A stretch of 64,000 bases of DNA from contig CAYXJN010000003.1 of assembly GCA_964464605.1 (NCBI GenBank), positions 62,001 through 126,000 on the forward strand, given 5' to 3'. This document shows positions 49,768 to 58,668 of this stretch, piece after piece (the stretch's first letter is position 1; every line of letters starts with the position of its first letter). The position numbers and the translations under genes are program-made. This stretch comes from an uncultured Ignavibacteriales bacterium. GTDB lineage: Bacteria > Zixibacteria > MSB-5A5 > GN15 > FEB-12. The notes below the pieces were generated by a model, which saw nothing but the letters and a program-made list of their open reading frames with translations, did not search any database and was not told the origin of the DNA.

Positions 49768-50310
49768 TTAATGAAAATGACGTATCCCTTTTTTGAGCAT
49801 GATAAAATTAACCGGAAACGCCGCAACAAAACCGACTACTAAGGCGGCTAGCATACCATACCAAAAGATAACATCTGTTAATCCGGCTTCCATAACACCG
49901 GGCGTGTAAATCTGCACAAGCACTTCAAAGGCTTCCATAACAGCAATACTCAACCCCTCACTTATCAGCACTATCCGAAACGCCTGCACAAAGGTAAATC
50001 CGGCTTTGAGTACAGGCATCATTCCTAACGCGAATCCAAAAATGAATCCAAGCAGAATACCAAGAATCATGGTCGATACCATTCCCCACCCAAACAAAGT
50101 ACCGATAATAACGCCGACTACTTCACCTACCCCACATCCGATCAAACAGTGAAACGTCGCGCTGATTGCCAAAGCAAAAGCGCTTTTTTCATTGCTCAGC
50201 TTCGCTTGCGATTCGGCGTTAGGCGGGTGATGTTCATGATGATGCTGGTTCACGGTAAAAATATCGACGCTGTATCCGTATAAATCAACCCAAAACGATG
50301 GGGTTGACAC
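49768..50310 (-). CDS. DUF4396-like membrane protein with His-rich N-terminus
   Basis: ATFHCLIGCGVGEV.G, SIAVME, GFVAAFPVN..LKKG; start may be GTG 50253. Confidence 0.75.
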   Translation of the reverse strand: MSTPSFWVDLYGYSVDIFTVNQHHHEHHPPNAESQAKLSNEKSAFALAISATFHCLIGCGVGEVVGVIIGTLFGWGMVSTMILGILLGFIFGFALGMMPVLKAGFTFVQAFRIVLISEGLSIAVMEAFEVLVQIYTPGVMEAGLTDVIFWYGMLAALVVGFVAAFPVNFIMLKKGIRHFH

Positions 50311-50357
50311 AGAGCTTTTAGAAGCCGAAATTTGGGCATACGCAAGGAGGTTTCCCT

Positions 50358-50621
50358 ATGTTCGGTGCAAAATGTCAGAGCTGCGGCATGCCGCTTTCCA
50401 AAGATCCAAAAGGCGGCGGAACAGAAGCGAACGGGACAATCAGCAAGGAGTATTGCAGCAAATGCTATCAGAATGGTAAATTCACCCACCCCAACATGAC
50501 TGCTTCTGAAATGCAGGAACTAGTGCACGGAAAACTCAAAGAGATGGGGTTTCCGGGGTTCATAGCCGGATTTTTCACTAAAGACATTCCGAAACTGAAT
50601 AGATGGCAGGGAAAGAGGTAG
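50358..50621 (+). CDS. Zinc-ribbon protein (Zn_ribbon_2-like)
   Basis: CQSCGMPL..GTEANG..S.EYCSKCYQNGKF..IPKLNRW. Confidence 0.88.
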   Translation: MFGAKCQSCGMPLSKDPKGGGTEANGTISKEYCSKCYQNGKFTHPNMTASEMQELVHGKLKEMGFPGFIAGFFTKDIPKLNRWQGKR

Positions 50622-50624
50622 AAG

Positions 50625-51077
50625 ATGAGGATCGCGACCAAACTGGCTTGTGCTGCAGTATGCGTACTATTGTGTGCGCCCGGACTGACTGTTTCTCAGG
50701 ATACCCAGAAAACTGAGGCCATTCGCACTTTGCTAAGAGCAAACAAAGCAGGTGAGCTTGGTGCGCAAATGATGACGCAAATGATCGAAACATTTCGAAC
50801 AACAGTTCCAGATGTACCGCAAGAGTTTTGGGACCAGTTACAACTTGAATTGAATCCGGATGAACTTACCGACTTGATTGTTCCGATATACGACAGGCAT
50901 TTCACTCAGGAAGATATCAACCAACTGATCGCATTCCATGAATCTCCGATCGGGAAGAAGTTTGTTGAACTGACACCTACAATTTTTAAAGAATCGCAGG
51001 AAGCCGGTCAAAAATGGGCGGAAGCAATGTTGATGCGCGTAATGGAGAAAATGCCAAAACAGGAAGCGGAACAATAA
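50625..51077 (+). CDS. DUF2059-like secreted protein
   Basis: Signal peptide, IYDRHFTQEDINQLIAFHESPIGKKF. Confidence 0.85.
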   Translation: MRIATKLACAAVCVLLCAPGLTVSQDTQKTEAIRTLLRANKAGELGAQMMTQMIETFRTTVPDVPQEFWDQLQLELNPDELTDLIVPIYDRHFTQEDINQLIAFHESPIGKKFVELTPTIFKESQEAGQKWAEAMLMRVMEKMPKQEAEQ

Positions 51078-51629
51078 ATGGAAGTCCCATCCGCCGGACG
51101 AGCCAGCATTACCGATCTTGGCAATGAATTACAGATATCTATTCCGTCCAAAAAGAACGTGTTTATCATTCTCTTTTTACTGGCCTGGAGTTGCGGATGG
51201 TTTTTTGGGGAAAAAGAAGTGATAACGACACTACTCAATCCCGAAACAGCAAATAAGAACAGCGGTTTTTTGATAGTGTGGCTGATCGGATGGACGATCG
51301 GCGGAATGGCAGTATTCGGCACCATCCTCTGGCTTTTATTCGGGCGCGAAATCATTAGCCTGTCACACTCACGAATCAAAATAGAACGTTCGGTCTGGGG
51401 GATCGGCTGGAAAAAGGAGTATGACTTCTCGCAGGCAAAGAACTTCCGGAATGCGCCGGACATGAACATATCCCCATTCGGGTTTCGACAAAAAAACCCG
51501 ATTATCGGTTCACCCAAAATTGCATTTGATTACGGTATGCGGACTATTCGCTTTGCCTGCGACGTTGATGAAGCAGAAGGTGCCCATCTGCTGGATAGAA
51601 TCCGCAAACGATTTTCCCTCAAAGATTAA
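51078..51629 (+). CDS. Hypothetical membrane protein
   Basis: Two TMs, WLIGWTIGG, LFGREII, IAFDYG.RTIRF. Confidence 0.75.
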   Translation: MEVPSAGRASITDLGNELQISIPSKKNVFIILFLLAWSCGWFFGEKEVITTLLNPETANKNSGFLIVWLIGWTIGGMAVFGTILWLLFGREIISLSHSRIKIERSVWGIGWKKEYDFSQAKNFRNAPDMNISPFGFRQKNPIIGSPKIAFDYGMRTIRFACDVDEAEGAHLLDRIRKRFSLKD

Positions 51630-53290
51630 GAAACGCGAGCGATTCCTTTCGGCGTCAGTAATTTCGTTTCAACATACGCAATCGCTTCGTGTGTCCGTTC
51701 AAAAATATGGTCATTGGAGATCAGCTCACGAAAATCACCGTCGGATAGCAGCGTCTCTTTGACCTTCTGCGTCAATCCACTGAATAACACATAGCCTCCC
51801 TGTTTATGGCGATCGGCAATGAAATCATTCAACCGGATCAACCCGGTCGAATCGATAAACGGGACATGTTTCATTCGCAGAATGATAACAGGTTTGGAAA
51901 TATGCATATGTTCATCTATCTTTTTCTCAAACACGCTCATTGACCCAAAAAAGAACGGTCCATGCAGCGTGTAGATAGAAAGATATTTTTGCAGTTCCGG
52001 CTTTTCAAGCACCAGCGCGTTCAGACCCTCTTTTTGGTCGTACTCTTCCATCGTGGTAACATCAGCAAGCGCCACAAGCCTGAGGAATAAAAGCACAATT
52101 GCCAAAAGCATGCCCATCTGCACAGCAAAGACAAGATCGGTAAGCAGGGTCAGTAATAAAGTAAGGAATAATACCATGGCATCCTGACGGCTGATGCGGG
52201 CGATCGCTTTGCATTCATCAATGTTGATCATCCTGAATGAAACGAACATCAGAATACCGGCTAAAAAAGCTTTCGGGATATACTGCACAACACCGCTGAA
52301 CAGCAAAATATACGAGAGTAAAAAGAGGCTGTGAATAATCGGCGAACCGATTGATTTCGCCCCTTCCCGAATATTGACCGCGCTTCGTGCAATTGCCGCA
52401 GTGCAGGCCATTCCACCGAAGAACGGCAGCACTACGTTCGCAATTCCCTGCCCTATGAGTTCTTTATCGCTGTCATGCCTCGTTCCGGTCATGGCATCAC
52501 AGACAACCGCGCAGAGCAATGCCTCAATCGCTCCTAAGAGTGCGATAGTTAAGGCAGCTGGCAAGACGGCATTGAACAGATCGATATTGAATTTGAGCAG
52601 GTTGAATGAGAACAATCCGGACGGTACTTCCCCTACCTGCGGGACATTTATCTGCAGCATATAGACAGCGAGGGTCGATAACACCAGCGGCACCAGTGAG
52701 GCGGGTATCCAGGCTAAAGAATCGAACCGCTGAAAGAGTTTTGGAAGAAAAACAAGCATCAGTACTGTACCCGCACATACGACAAGCGCCAAAAGGTTCA
52801 GCTCAGGCAGACTTTGAAAAATATTCTTGAGGGTAAACCCGATAAACTCTTCGGCCGGAAGGGTCAGCCCCAGCCCATTGGCAATCTGCCCGATAAAAAT
52901 AATTGCGCCGATTCCGGCCGTAAACCCGGAAACAACCGGCAACGGAATGAACTTGATAATTTTCCCGAATTTCAAAGCCCCAAACAGAATCTGAATAAGT
53001 CCCGCCAATAAACCGGCCAACAAAAGCCCTTCGAATCCATGTTTGTTGAGCGTGGCGAGAATAATAACCGTCATTGCGCCGGTCGGCCCGGTTATCGAAA
53101 ACCGTGACCCGCCGAACAGTGCAGCTATAACTCCGGCGATAATAGCGGTTGTCAATCCGACAATCGGGGCAACGCCGGAGGCAATGGCAAACGCAATCGC
53201 CAGTGGTAGCGCGACAACCGAGGTAATAAACCCCGCCTTCAGATCAAAGACGAGATTATTGCGGATGTAGCGAGCGCGTGGGTTCGGCAT
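51626..53290 (-). CDS. SulP-family inorganic anion transporter with STAS domain
   Basis: DLKAG..VALPLAIAFAIASG, ITGPTGA, ELIGQGIAN, GPFFFG, MKHVPFIDSTG. Confidence 0.93.
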   Translation of the reverse strand: MPNPRARYIRNNLVFDLKAGFITSVVALPLAIAFAIASGVAPIVGLTTAIIAGVIAALFGGSRFSITGPTGAMTVIILATLNKHGFEGLLLAGLLAGLIQILFGALKFGKIIKFIPLPVVSGFTAGIGAIIFIGQIANGLGLTLPAEEFIGFTLKNIFQSLPELNLLALVVCAGTVLMLVFLPKLFQRFDSLAWIPASLVPLVLSTLAVYMLQINVPQVGEVPSGLFSFNLLKFNIDLFNAVLPAALTIALLGAIEALLCAVVCDAMTGTRHDSDKELIGQGIANVVLPFFGGMACTAAIARSAVNIREGAKSIGSPIIHSLFLLSYILLFSGVVQYIPKAFLAGILMFVSFRMINIDECKAIARISRQDAMVLFLTLLLTLLTDLVFAVQMGMLLAIVLLFLRLVALADVTTMEEYDQKEGLNALVLEKPELQKYLSIYTLHGPFFFGSMSVFEKKIDEHMHISKPVIILRMKHVPFIDSTGLIRLNDFIADRHKQGGYVLFSGLTQKVKETLLSDGDFRELISNDHIFERTHEAIAYVETKLLTPKGIARVS

Positions 53291-53416
53291 TGTTCTTTTC
53301 TCTATGAAGAACATCGAATAGATTCAAATTGATGTCAATATTGAATCAATTTTCATCTATTGCCCTCAAATGAAATGCTTATTAGCTTCGTATATCAAAA
53401 AAGGAGATTTTGAAAT

Positions 53417-53773
53417 ATGAAACCATCTGTTCTCGTTATGGCGCTCGGCGGATTTATGATTCTCATGGGAATCGTCGGGTATATCCGCACCGGATCACCT
53501 ACCGCTATTTTTATCAACGGCGGCATCGCCGCAGTAACTGTCCTGCTCGGTTATCTTATGGGTAAAGGGAGCCCTATGCTCGCCAACATCACCCTCGGTT
53601 GGGTCGGTTTGGTAACGGTTATCCTGTCGTTCATGACTATCAAACGAGTTAATGCAGCGATGCACGGCACGGCGCGGGAAGGCTCTGAATACATTTTTGG
53701 TTCAATGGCGCTTTTTGCGCTTATCGTGCTGATTGTGCTTATCCGCAATCGGATGAGTGCGTCGGGTACATAG
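53417..53773 (+). CDS. Small membrane protein (TMEM14-like)
   Basis: GIVGYIRTGS motif, four hydrophobic helices, AGGAG SD. Confidence 0.6.
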   Translation: MKPSVLVMALGGFMILMGIVGYIRTGSPTAIFINGGIAAVTVLLGYLMGKGSPMLANITLGWVGLVTVILSFMTIKRVNAAMHGTAREGSEYIFGSMALFALIVLIVLIRNRMSASGT

Positions 53774-53815
53774 TAAAAAAATAAACAGTCTTAAAAATAC
53801 TATCGGGAGGATTTC

Positions 53816-54379
53816 ATGAAAAAACTTTCAATCGCTCTTTTGGTAATGTTAGCAGCATTCGCGTACTGTTCTCTCTGGGCGGATTCCACGCAAACCACGC
53901 CGGCAACGATGGAGATGGGCGCACCGCCGGAAATGAAAGAAGTAGCCTGGATGGTCGGAACTTGGGATGTGGTCAATCAGGAAAAATCACCTACCAGTAC
54001 CGAATGGAAAGAATCAAAAGCAGAATGTGAATTCAGCTATGCGCTTGATGGCGCAGCACTGACGATCAATTATCATGGTCAGTATATGGGAGCGCCGTTT
54101 AACGGCCAGGGGATGCAGTGCTGGGATCGCTTCAACAAACAATGGCAGATGGTCTGGGCGGATGACATGAGCGCGATGATGGTCATGTATACTGGCAAAA
54201 CAGAGGATGGTAAAACAGAGTTTATTGCCAAAACCGACATGATGGGGCACCCCTATTGGGCGCGGATTACCATGTCAAATGTAACTCCGACCAGCTACGA
54301 CTGGACATATGAAGATTCGATGGACGGCGGCAAAACGTGGAATCTGTCTGTCAAATCGAAGTATACGAAGCGGCAGTAA
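53816..54379 (+). CDS. DUF1579-like secreted protein
   Basis: Signal peptide, MVGTWD, PFNGQG, WDRFNKQW..VWADDM, SMDGGKTW. Confidence 0.8.
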   Translation: MKKLSIALLVMLAAFAYCSLWADSTQTTPATMEMGAPPEMKEVAWMVGTWDVVNQEKSPTSTEWKESKAECEFSYALDGAALTINYHGQYMGAPFNGQGMQCWDRFNKQWQMVWADDMSAMMVMYTGKTEDGKTEFIAKTDMMGHPYWARITMSNVTPTSYDWTYEDSMDGGKTWNLSVKSKYTKRQ

Positions 54380-54409
54380 TTGCACACATCTTATAAAATT
54401 TCCCTATAG

Positions 54410-54443
54410 ACCTTCTTGGTAAGCCTTGCCTTACCAGGAAGGT
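54410..54443. other. Intergenic hairpin
   Basis: ACCTTCTTGGTAAG-CCTTGC-CTTACCAGGAAGGT. Confidence 0.6.
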
Positions 54444-54476
54444 GATTTATGGATCGAATATTAAAAGGAGGCAAGC

Positions 54477-55025
54477 ATGTCAAATGATTCTTTCGAATGG
54501 ATAAAATTCATCTCCACTATCGTTGTAATAGGCGGAGGTATCATTGCTGCCTTTAAGGCAATCAGTGAAATGCAGCAAAAACGGCGACAAGAAAACACCG
54601 AGTACAAATGGAAACGAGCGAAAGAGGCATTCGCTATTATCGACGAACTTCTGACAGATCCATTAGCGAGTAAAGCACTCATGATATTGGATTGGAGCCG
54701 TGAACACACATTGCCCGATGGTGCGAAGGTGACTATAGGTGCAAGTGATCTGCCAGGCGCTTTACGAACCTCGGACTTGAGATTCGACGAAAAAGAAATT
54801 TATATCCGAGATTGTTTCGATAGTTTTTTTGGCTATACAGAAAGAATCGAACATGCGCTGCAAATCGATTATGTAGATTTTAACGCGATTAGCTTTCCGC
54901 TTAAGTATTATGTTAAGATCCTCGCCCAAAAAAAACAAAGTATTACTCAATATTTGAACACATATAGCTATACCAGATCACTCGAATTGCTCAATCGATT
55001 CGATAATTGGCAAACGGCTGCATAA
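54477..55025 (+). CDS. Hypothetical protein with N-terminal TM helix
   Basis: AAGGAGG SD, single TM then helical domain; AT-rich. Confidence 0.75.
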   Translation: MSNDSFEWIKFISTIVVIGGGIIAAFKAISEMQQKRRQENTEYKWKRAKEAFAIIDELLTDPLASKALMILDWSREHTLPDGAKVTIGASDLPGALRTSDLRFDEKEIYIRDCFDSFFGYTERIEHALQIDYVDFNAISFPLKYYVKILAQKKQSITQYLNTYSYTRSLELLNRFDNWQTAA

Positions 55026-55042
55026 CAGGGGACAAAAATATT

Positions 55043-55176
55043 CAAAGCCGGCTGTTGCGGCCGGCTTTGTGGATGGGACCTTAGGAAGGGAAAACACTCG
55101 TGGGATCGAGTGAGCACAAGAACATCGTTGCTCATTAAGCTGGTATGAGAGAAACGTAAAACTCTCGTAAAAACCA
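55043..55176. ncRNA. Candidate structured non-coding RNA (four consecutive hairpins)
   Basis: CAAAGCCGGC..GCCGGCTTTG; CACTCG..CGAGTG; TGAGCA..TGCTCA; TGGT-ATGAGAG..CTCTCGT..ACCA. Confidence 0.35.
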
Positions 55177-55444
55177 TCACATTACTGCATCACAGGTTCA
55201 TTTTTTACAATACAGGCACACGAGTATGCTTTTTATTCAACACATTGACATGACGGCTTGGCGGATTCGATAACATATTGAATGGCAATGATTTAGCGGT
55301 GCTGGCCATTCAACCGATGTAATAACAGTATGTGATAGTAGACAGAATAAAAACGGCGTTATATCATGCAACAAAGCTGCGATTGATTCGTCAAGATAGA
55401 CACTAACCAATACATAACAGAACACACAGAAGGAGATTAGACCC

Positions 55445-55810
55445 ATGAGCCACCCAATCGTGCACTGCGAAATCGGCTGTAAAAACAGCGAAAAGCTAAA
55501 AGACTTCTATGCCGACCTCTTCGGGTGGGGCTTCCAGAGCTACGGCAACGCCCAGATGTTCGACACTCAAGTCAAAGAAGGCATGCCCGGCATCAACGGT
55601 CATATCAACGCCCTCGGTCACGAACCGCACAACTATGTCATTGTCTATGTCCAGACCGATGACATTGAAGCGAGCCTGAAAAAAGTAGAATCACTCGGCG
55701 GCAAGCGGATGATACCGAAAACCGAAGTTCCGACAATGGGACATTTCGCCTGGTTTACTGATCCGGAAGGAACGATGGTCGGCCTCTGGACGCCGATGCA
55801 GCAAGGCTAA
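55445..55810 (+). CDS. VOC family protein
   Basis: IVHCEI, FYADLFGW, YVQTDDIE, GHFAWFTDPEG..GLW. Confidence 0.9.
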   Translation: MSHPIVHCEIGCKNSEKLKDFYADLFGWGFQSYGNAQMFDTQVKEGMPGINGHINALGHEPHNYVIVYVQTDDIEASLKKVESLGGKRMIPKTEVPTMGHFAWFTDPEGTMVGLWTPMQQG

Positions 55811-55832
55811 TGGTAGAAGATAGTGATTATGG

Positions 55833-55865
55833 AAATCCGGTTCACGAAAGTGAATCGGATTTTTT
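55833..55865. terminator. Bidirectional terminator
   Basis: AAATCCGGTTCAC-GAAA-GTGAATCGGATTT between convergent genes. Confidence 0.8.
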
Positions 55866-56433
55866 ATTGTTCGATCAATTCCCGAATGCGGTCAGCATCG
55901 ATCGGTAAGCGGGCATCGAACGTAAAGTCCCGCACCTCACCTGACTTCCCGACAATGACCAACAACGGAAAATTCTGAACATGATGCCTGCTCATGAACG
56001 TAAACGCGGTATCGGAATAAACCGGAAACGTCAGATTATTTTTTTTGCGGTAGTACAACACATCATGCGGTTTGTCTGGTGAAATACCGACGACTTTGAC
56101 GTCGGACAATTCGGACACATACGCTCGCTCTAATTTGTCTGTCATCTCTTTACAGGGCGGGCAAGCGAGATCCATAAAGACAACTACGCCACCGGTACCG
56201 GCAAGCAATGATTGCGATTGGACATTTGTGCTCGCTTCATCGATAAGCGCAACATCCGGAAACAGTACGCCCGGTTTTAAGTCTGATTGCGGGGCGTTGG
56301 CGTCGTATTCAGAACTGTTTTCCCCAGTGAGTTTGCTTCCCATACCTAATTTGACGCCAACGAAGGCGGTACCCAGGACAAGCACCATGAAAAGTGCGTA
56401 TTTGAAAAATGAACGGACAGTGAGGTTCGACAT
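55864..56433 (-). CDS. Membrane-anchored thioredoxin-fold redoxin (TlpA/ResA/AhpC-TSA-like), CPPC active site
   Basis: N-terminal TM, LKPG..FPDV.L, FMDLACPPC, VVGISPD, FPVYSD, FP cis-Pro loop. Confidence 0.85.
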   Translation of the reverse strand: MSNLTVRSFFKYALFMVLVLGTAFVGVKLGMGSKLTGENSSEYDANAPQSDLKPGVLFPDVALIDEASTNVQSQSLLAGTGGVVVFMDLACPPCKEMTDKLERAYVSELSDVKVVGISPDKPHDVLYYRKKNNLTFPVYSDTAFTFMSRHHVQNFPLLVIVGKSGEVRDFTFDARLPIDADRIRELIEQ

Positions 56434-56479
56434 ACTGGTATTCCTATGTGCTTAAACGTTCTGTAGTACTCTTATCATG

Positions 56480-56514
56480 AAGGCGGAAAAATCAGAATCC
56501 TTTCTTTCCGCCTT
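56480..56514 (-). other. Hairpin between the peptide array and the redoxin gene
   Basis: AAGGCGGAAA...TTTCCGCCTT, no U-tract on the coding strand. Confidence 0.55.
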
Positions 56515-56561
56515 CCAATCCTTGAACACAATACCTTCCTACTGTGAGGAACAAGTACCGT

Positions 56562-56765
56562 TTAGCAGGTGATAATGGCCAAACACTTAATCTTGCTCGT
56601 CCAAGTGCAGGTAGTAACGCCGTTATTGACACAACAGCGAAGCGGAGCACCGGTGCAAGAACAGGTGTAATAGCAATTTGTGGCTTCGACCTTTTCAGAA
56701 GTCGTAAAGCCGATGGCAAATGCCGCCGCGAAAACGAGTGCAATTGCCGCCAACATCTTTTTCAT
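56562..56765 (-). CDS. Secreted 8-Cys mini-protein, paralog 3
   Basis: GAGGTG SD, MKK signal peptide ending VEA, mature TNCYYTCSCTGAPLRCCVNNGVTTCTWTSKIKCLAIITC. Confidence 0.9.
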   Translation of the reverse strand: MKKMLAAIALVFAAAFAIGFTTSEKVEATNCYYTCSCTGAPLRCCVNNGVTTCTWTSKIKCLAIITC

Positions 56766-56823
56766 GTAATCACCTCATTGTTACAATAGTTCAAAACTCT
56801 ACACTAAGTGAGACTATTCTCCC

Positions 56824-57027
56824 TTAGCACCAGTAGGCCAACGGACATTGGATAACGTTTGTCGGCTTGCAGGTCGTGACGCCATTGTTTACGCAACAAT
56901 ACCGCCCGCCATTACACGGAGTGCAGGTGTAATAACAATTAGCCGCTTCGACTTTACTGTTCGACGTAAAGCCGATGGCAAACGCCGCAGCGAAGACAAA
57001 TGCTAATGTCGCTAATACCTTCTTCAT
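56824..57027 (-). CDS. Secreted 8-Cys mini-protein, paralog 2
   Basis: AAGGAG SD, signal ending VEA, mature ANCYYTCTPCNGGRYCCVNNGVTTCKPTNVIQCPLAYWC. Confidence 0.9.
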   Translation of the reverse strand: MKKVLATLAFVFAAAFAIGFTSNSKVEAANCYYTCTPCNGGRYCCVNNGVTTCKPTNVIQCPLAYWC

Positions 57028-57085
57028 GTAACCATCTCCTTATGATTGGTTAGTGCAAAGTTCTGCTTCATACGGAACCCCCGTT

Positions 57086-57289
57086 TTAGCAGTTGTATAC
57101 CTGCGGACATTCGAATCCGGTAGCTTTCTTACAGGTCGTCACGCCATTATTGACGCAGCAACGAAGCGGCTGGCCCGAACAGGAACAGGTATAGTAGCAG
57201 TTAGCTGCGTCGGCTGTGTTGTTGGAGCTATAGCCAACAGCAAATGAAGCCGCAAAGACAAACGCCATTACGCCCAGCAATTTCTTCAT
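57086..57289 (-). CDS. Secreted 8-Cys mini-protein, paralog 1
   Basis: AAGGAGGTG SD, signal ending ADA, mature ANCYYTCSCSGQPLRCCVNNGVTTCKKATGFECPQVYNC. Confidence 0.9.
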   Translation of the reverse strand: MKKLLGVMAFVFAASFAVGYSSNNTADAANCYYTCSCSGQPLRCCVNNGVTTCKKATGFECPQVYNC

Positions 57290-57499
57290 GATGTTTCACC
57301 TCCTTTCCCGTCTGTAGTCTATGCCCTCCCCCCATTTTCAGGCAAGTTTATTTTCAACTTTGGGTTACAATTGCGATAGAGCGGCACGGTCTAAACCTAT
57401 TGCACTACGGTTTGGTAAAGATTATCTTGTGAACCGAATGGATATGGTAACTGTTTCATTGATAAGAGATTGCATTTCCCCTTCGGGATGGAGGATACT

Positions 57500-58639
57500 A
57501 TGAGTGACGGAATAGACATCAGAGGTTATGACTACGTCGAGTTCTATGTCGGCTCGGCCAAGCAGTGGGCGTATTGGTTTTCCAAGGTCATGGGGCTGGA
57601 AATTACCGCCTATTCCGGACCGGAAACCGGTGTTCGGGATCGGGTCTCCTATTTACTCACCAGCCACCGCCTGAAATTTATCGTTACATCGGCCGTACAG
57701 CCGAACTGCTACGACGTAATGAGTTTCGTGAGCAAACATGGCGACGGCGTCAAGCGTTGGTCAGTAGAAGTTGACAACGTCGAAAAAGCCTTCAAAGCCG
57801 CTACCCGAAACGGAGCGGTGATGGTGACCCGTCCGTACCGGATGGAAGACCACAACGGCTATGTCGAAGAAGCGGCGATCCGGTTGTACGATGACACCGA
57901 AATGGTATATGTCAACCGTTCGAATTATCGTGGCACCTTCCGCCCCCGTTTCTGCAAACCGCTTCAGGAATTCACGACTGATCATCATGAAACCGGGCTT
58001 TTAGCGGTCGACCATGTCGTCGGCAACGTGCGTGAAAATGAAATGAATTTGTGGGCGGATTATTTCAACCGCACCATGAACTTTGAAACGTTTGTTGATT
58101 TCAAGGCAGGCGATATCGGCACCAAATACTCCGCGCTCTTGTCCAAAGTGGTCCGCACCAAGGACAGCGCGATCCGCAATCCGATCAATGAACCGTTCGA
58201 AGGTTTGAAAAAATCGCAGATCGAAGAGTTTATCGAACAGTATCAGGGTTCAGGCGTACAGCACATTGCTATTCGCTCGAACAATATCGTGAAAAGCATC
58301 GAAGCGCTGCGCAAAAACGGCGTGCAGTTTTTAACGGTGCCGGATACGTACTACGACATGCTACGCAAACGCACTGATATGAAAATCAACGAAAATATCG
58401 ACGATTTGCAGCGGGAAGGGATTCTCTGCGATATCGAGGGGAACGGCTACTTATTGCAGCTGTTCACGAAACCGATCGGAGATCGCCCGACCTTTTTCTT
58501 TGAAATTATCCAGCGGGTCGGTGAAAGCCACGGCTTCGGTAAAGGAAACTTTCAGGCATTGTTTGAATCGATTGAACTCGATCAAAAACTGCGCGGGAAC
58601 CTTGAACATAACGCCGAAGAAGTTATGCCCCCGTGTTAA
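57500..58639 (+). CDS. hppD: 4-hydroxyphenylpyruvate dioxygenase
   Basis: DYVEFYVG, KHGDGV, DHVVGNV, KSQIEEF, GVQHIA, LLQLFTKP..DRPTFFFEIIQR, GFGKGNF. Confidence 0.96.
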   Translation: MSDGIDIRGYDYVEFYVGSAKQWAYWFSKVMGLEITAYSGPETGVRDRVSYLLTSHRLKFIVTSAVQPNCYDVMSFVSKHGDGVKRWSVEVDNVEKAFKAATRNGAVMVTRPYRMEDHNGYVEEAAIRLYDDTEMVYVNRSNYRGTFRPRFCKPLQEFTTDHHETGLLAVDHVVGNVRENEMNLWADYFNRTMNFETFVDFKAGDIGTKYSALLSKVVRTKDSAIRNPINEPFEGLKKSQIEEFIEQYQGSGVQHIAIRSNNIVKSIEALRKNGVQFLTVPDTYYDMLRKRTDMKINENIDDLQREGILCDIEGNGYLLQLFTKPIGDRPTFFFEIIQRVGESHGFGKGNFQALFESIELDQKLRGNLEHNAEEVMPPC

Positions 58640-58668
58640 GCAGCAAAAAAAGTCAGGAGGAATAAAAT

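Noticed and set aside
46709..53290. Carbonic anhydrase + SulP as a bicarbonate uptake operon
   Set aside because: They are separated by about 4 kb of genes on both strands; the functional link is plausible but not supported by operon structure.
55018..55100. GCATAAC at the gene end resembling an integron attC R'' box
   Set aside because: No matching GTTATGC/GTTRRRY R' box at a suitable distance, no other attC sites and no intI.
56562..57289. 262-bp periodic repeat as a CRISPR array or as RiPP (lanthipeptide/ranthipeptide) precursors
   Set aside because: The units are coding paralogs with Sec signals; there are no cas genes, no double-glycine leader, and no radical SAM or LanM enzyme nearby.
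56562..57289. Conotoxin homology (the C-C-C-CC-C-C-C order equals a conotoxin framework)
   Set aside because: Only the Cys order matches; there is no sequence evidence of homology.
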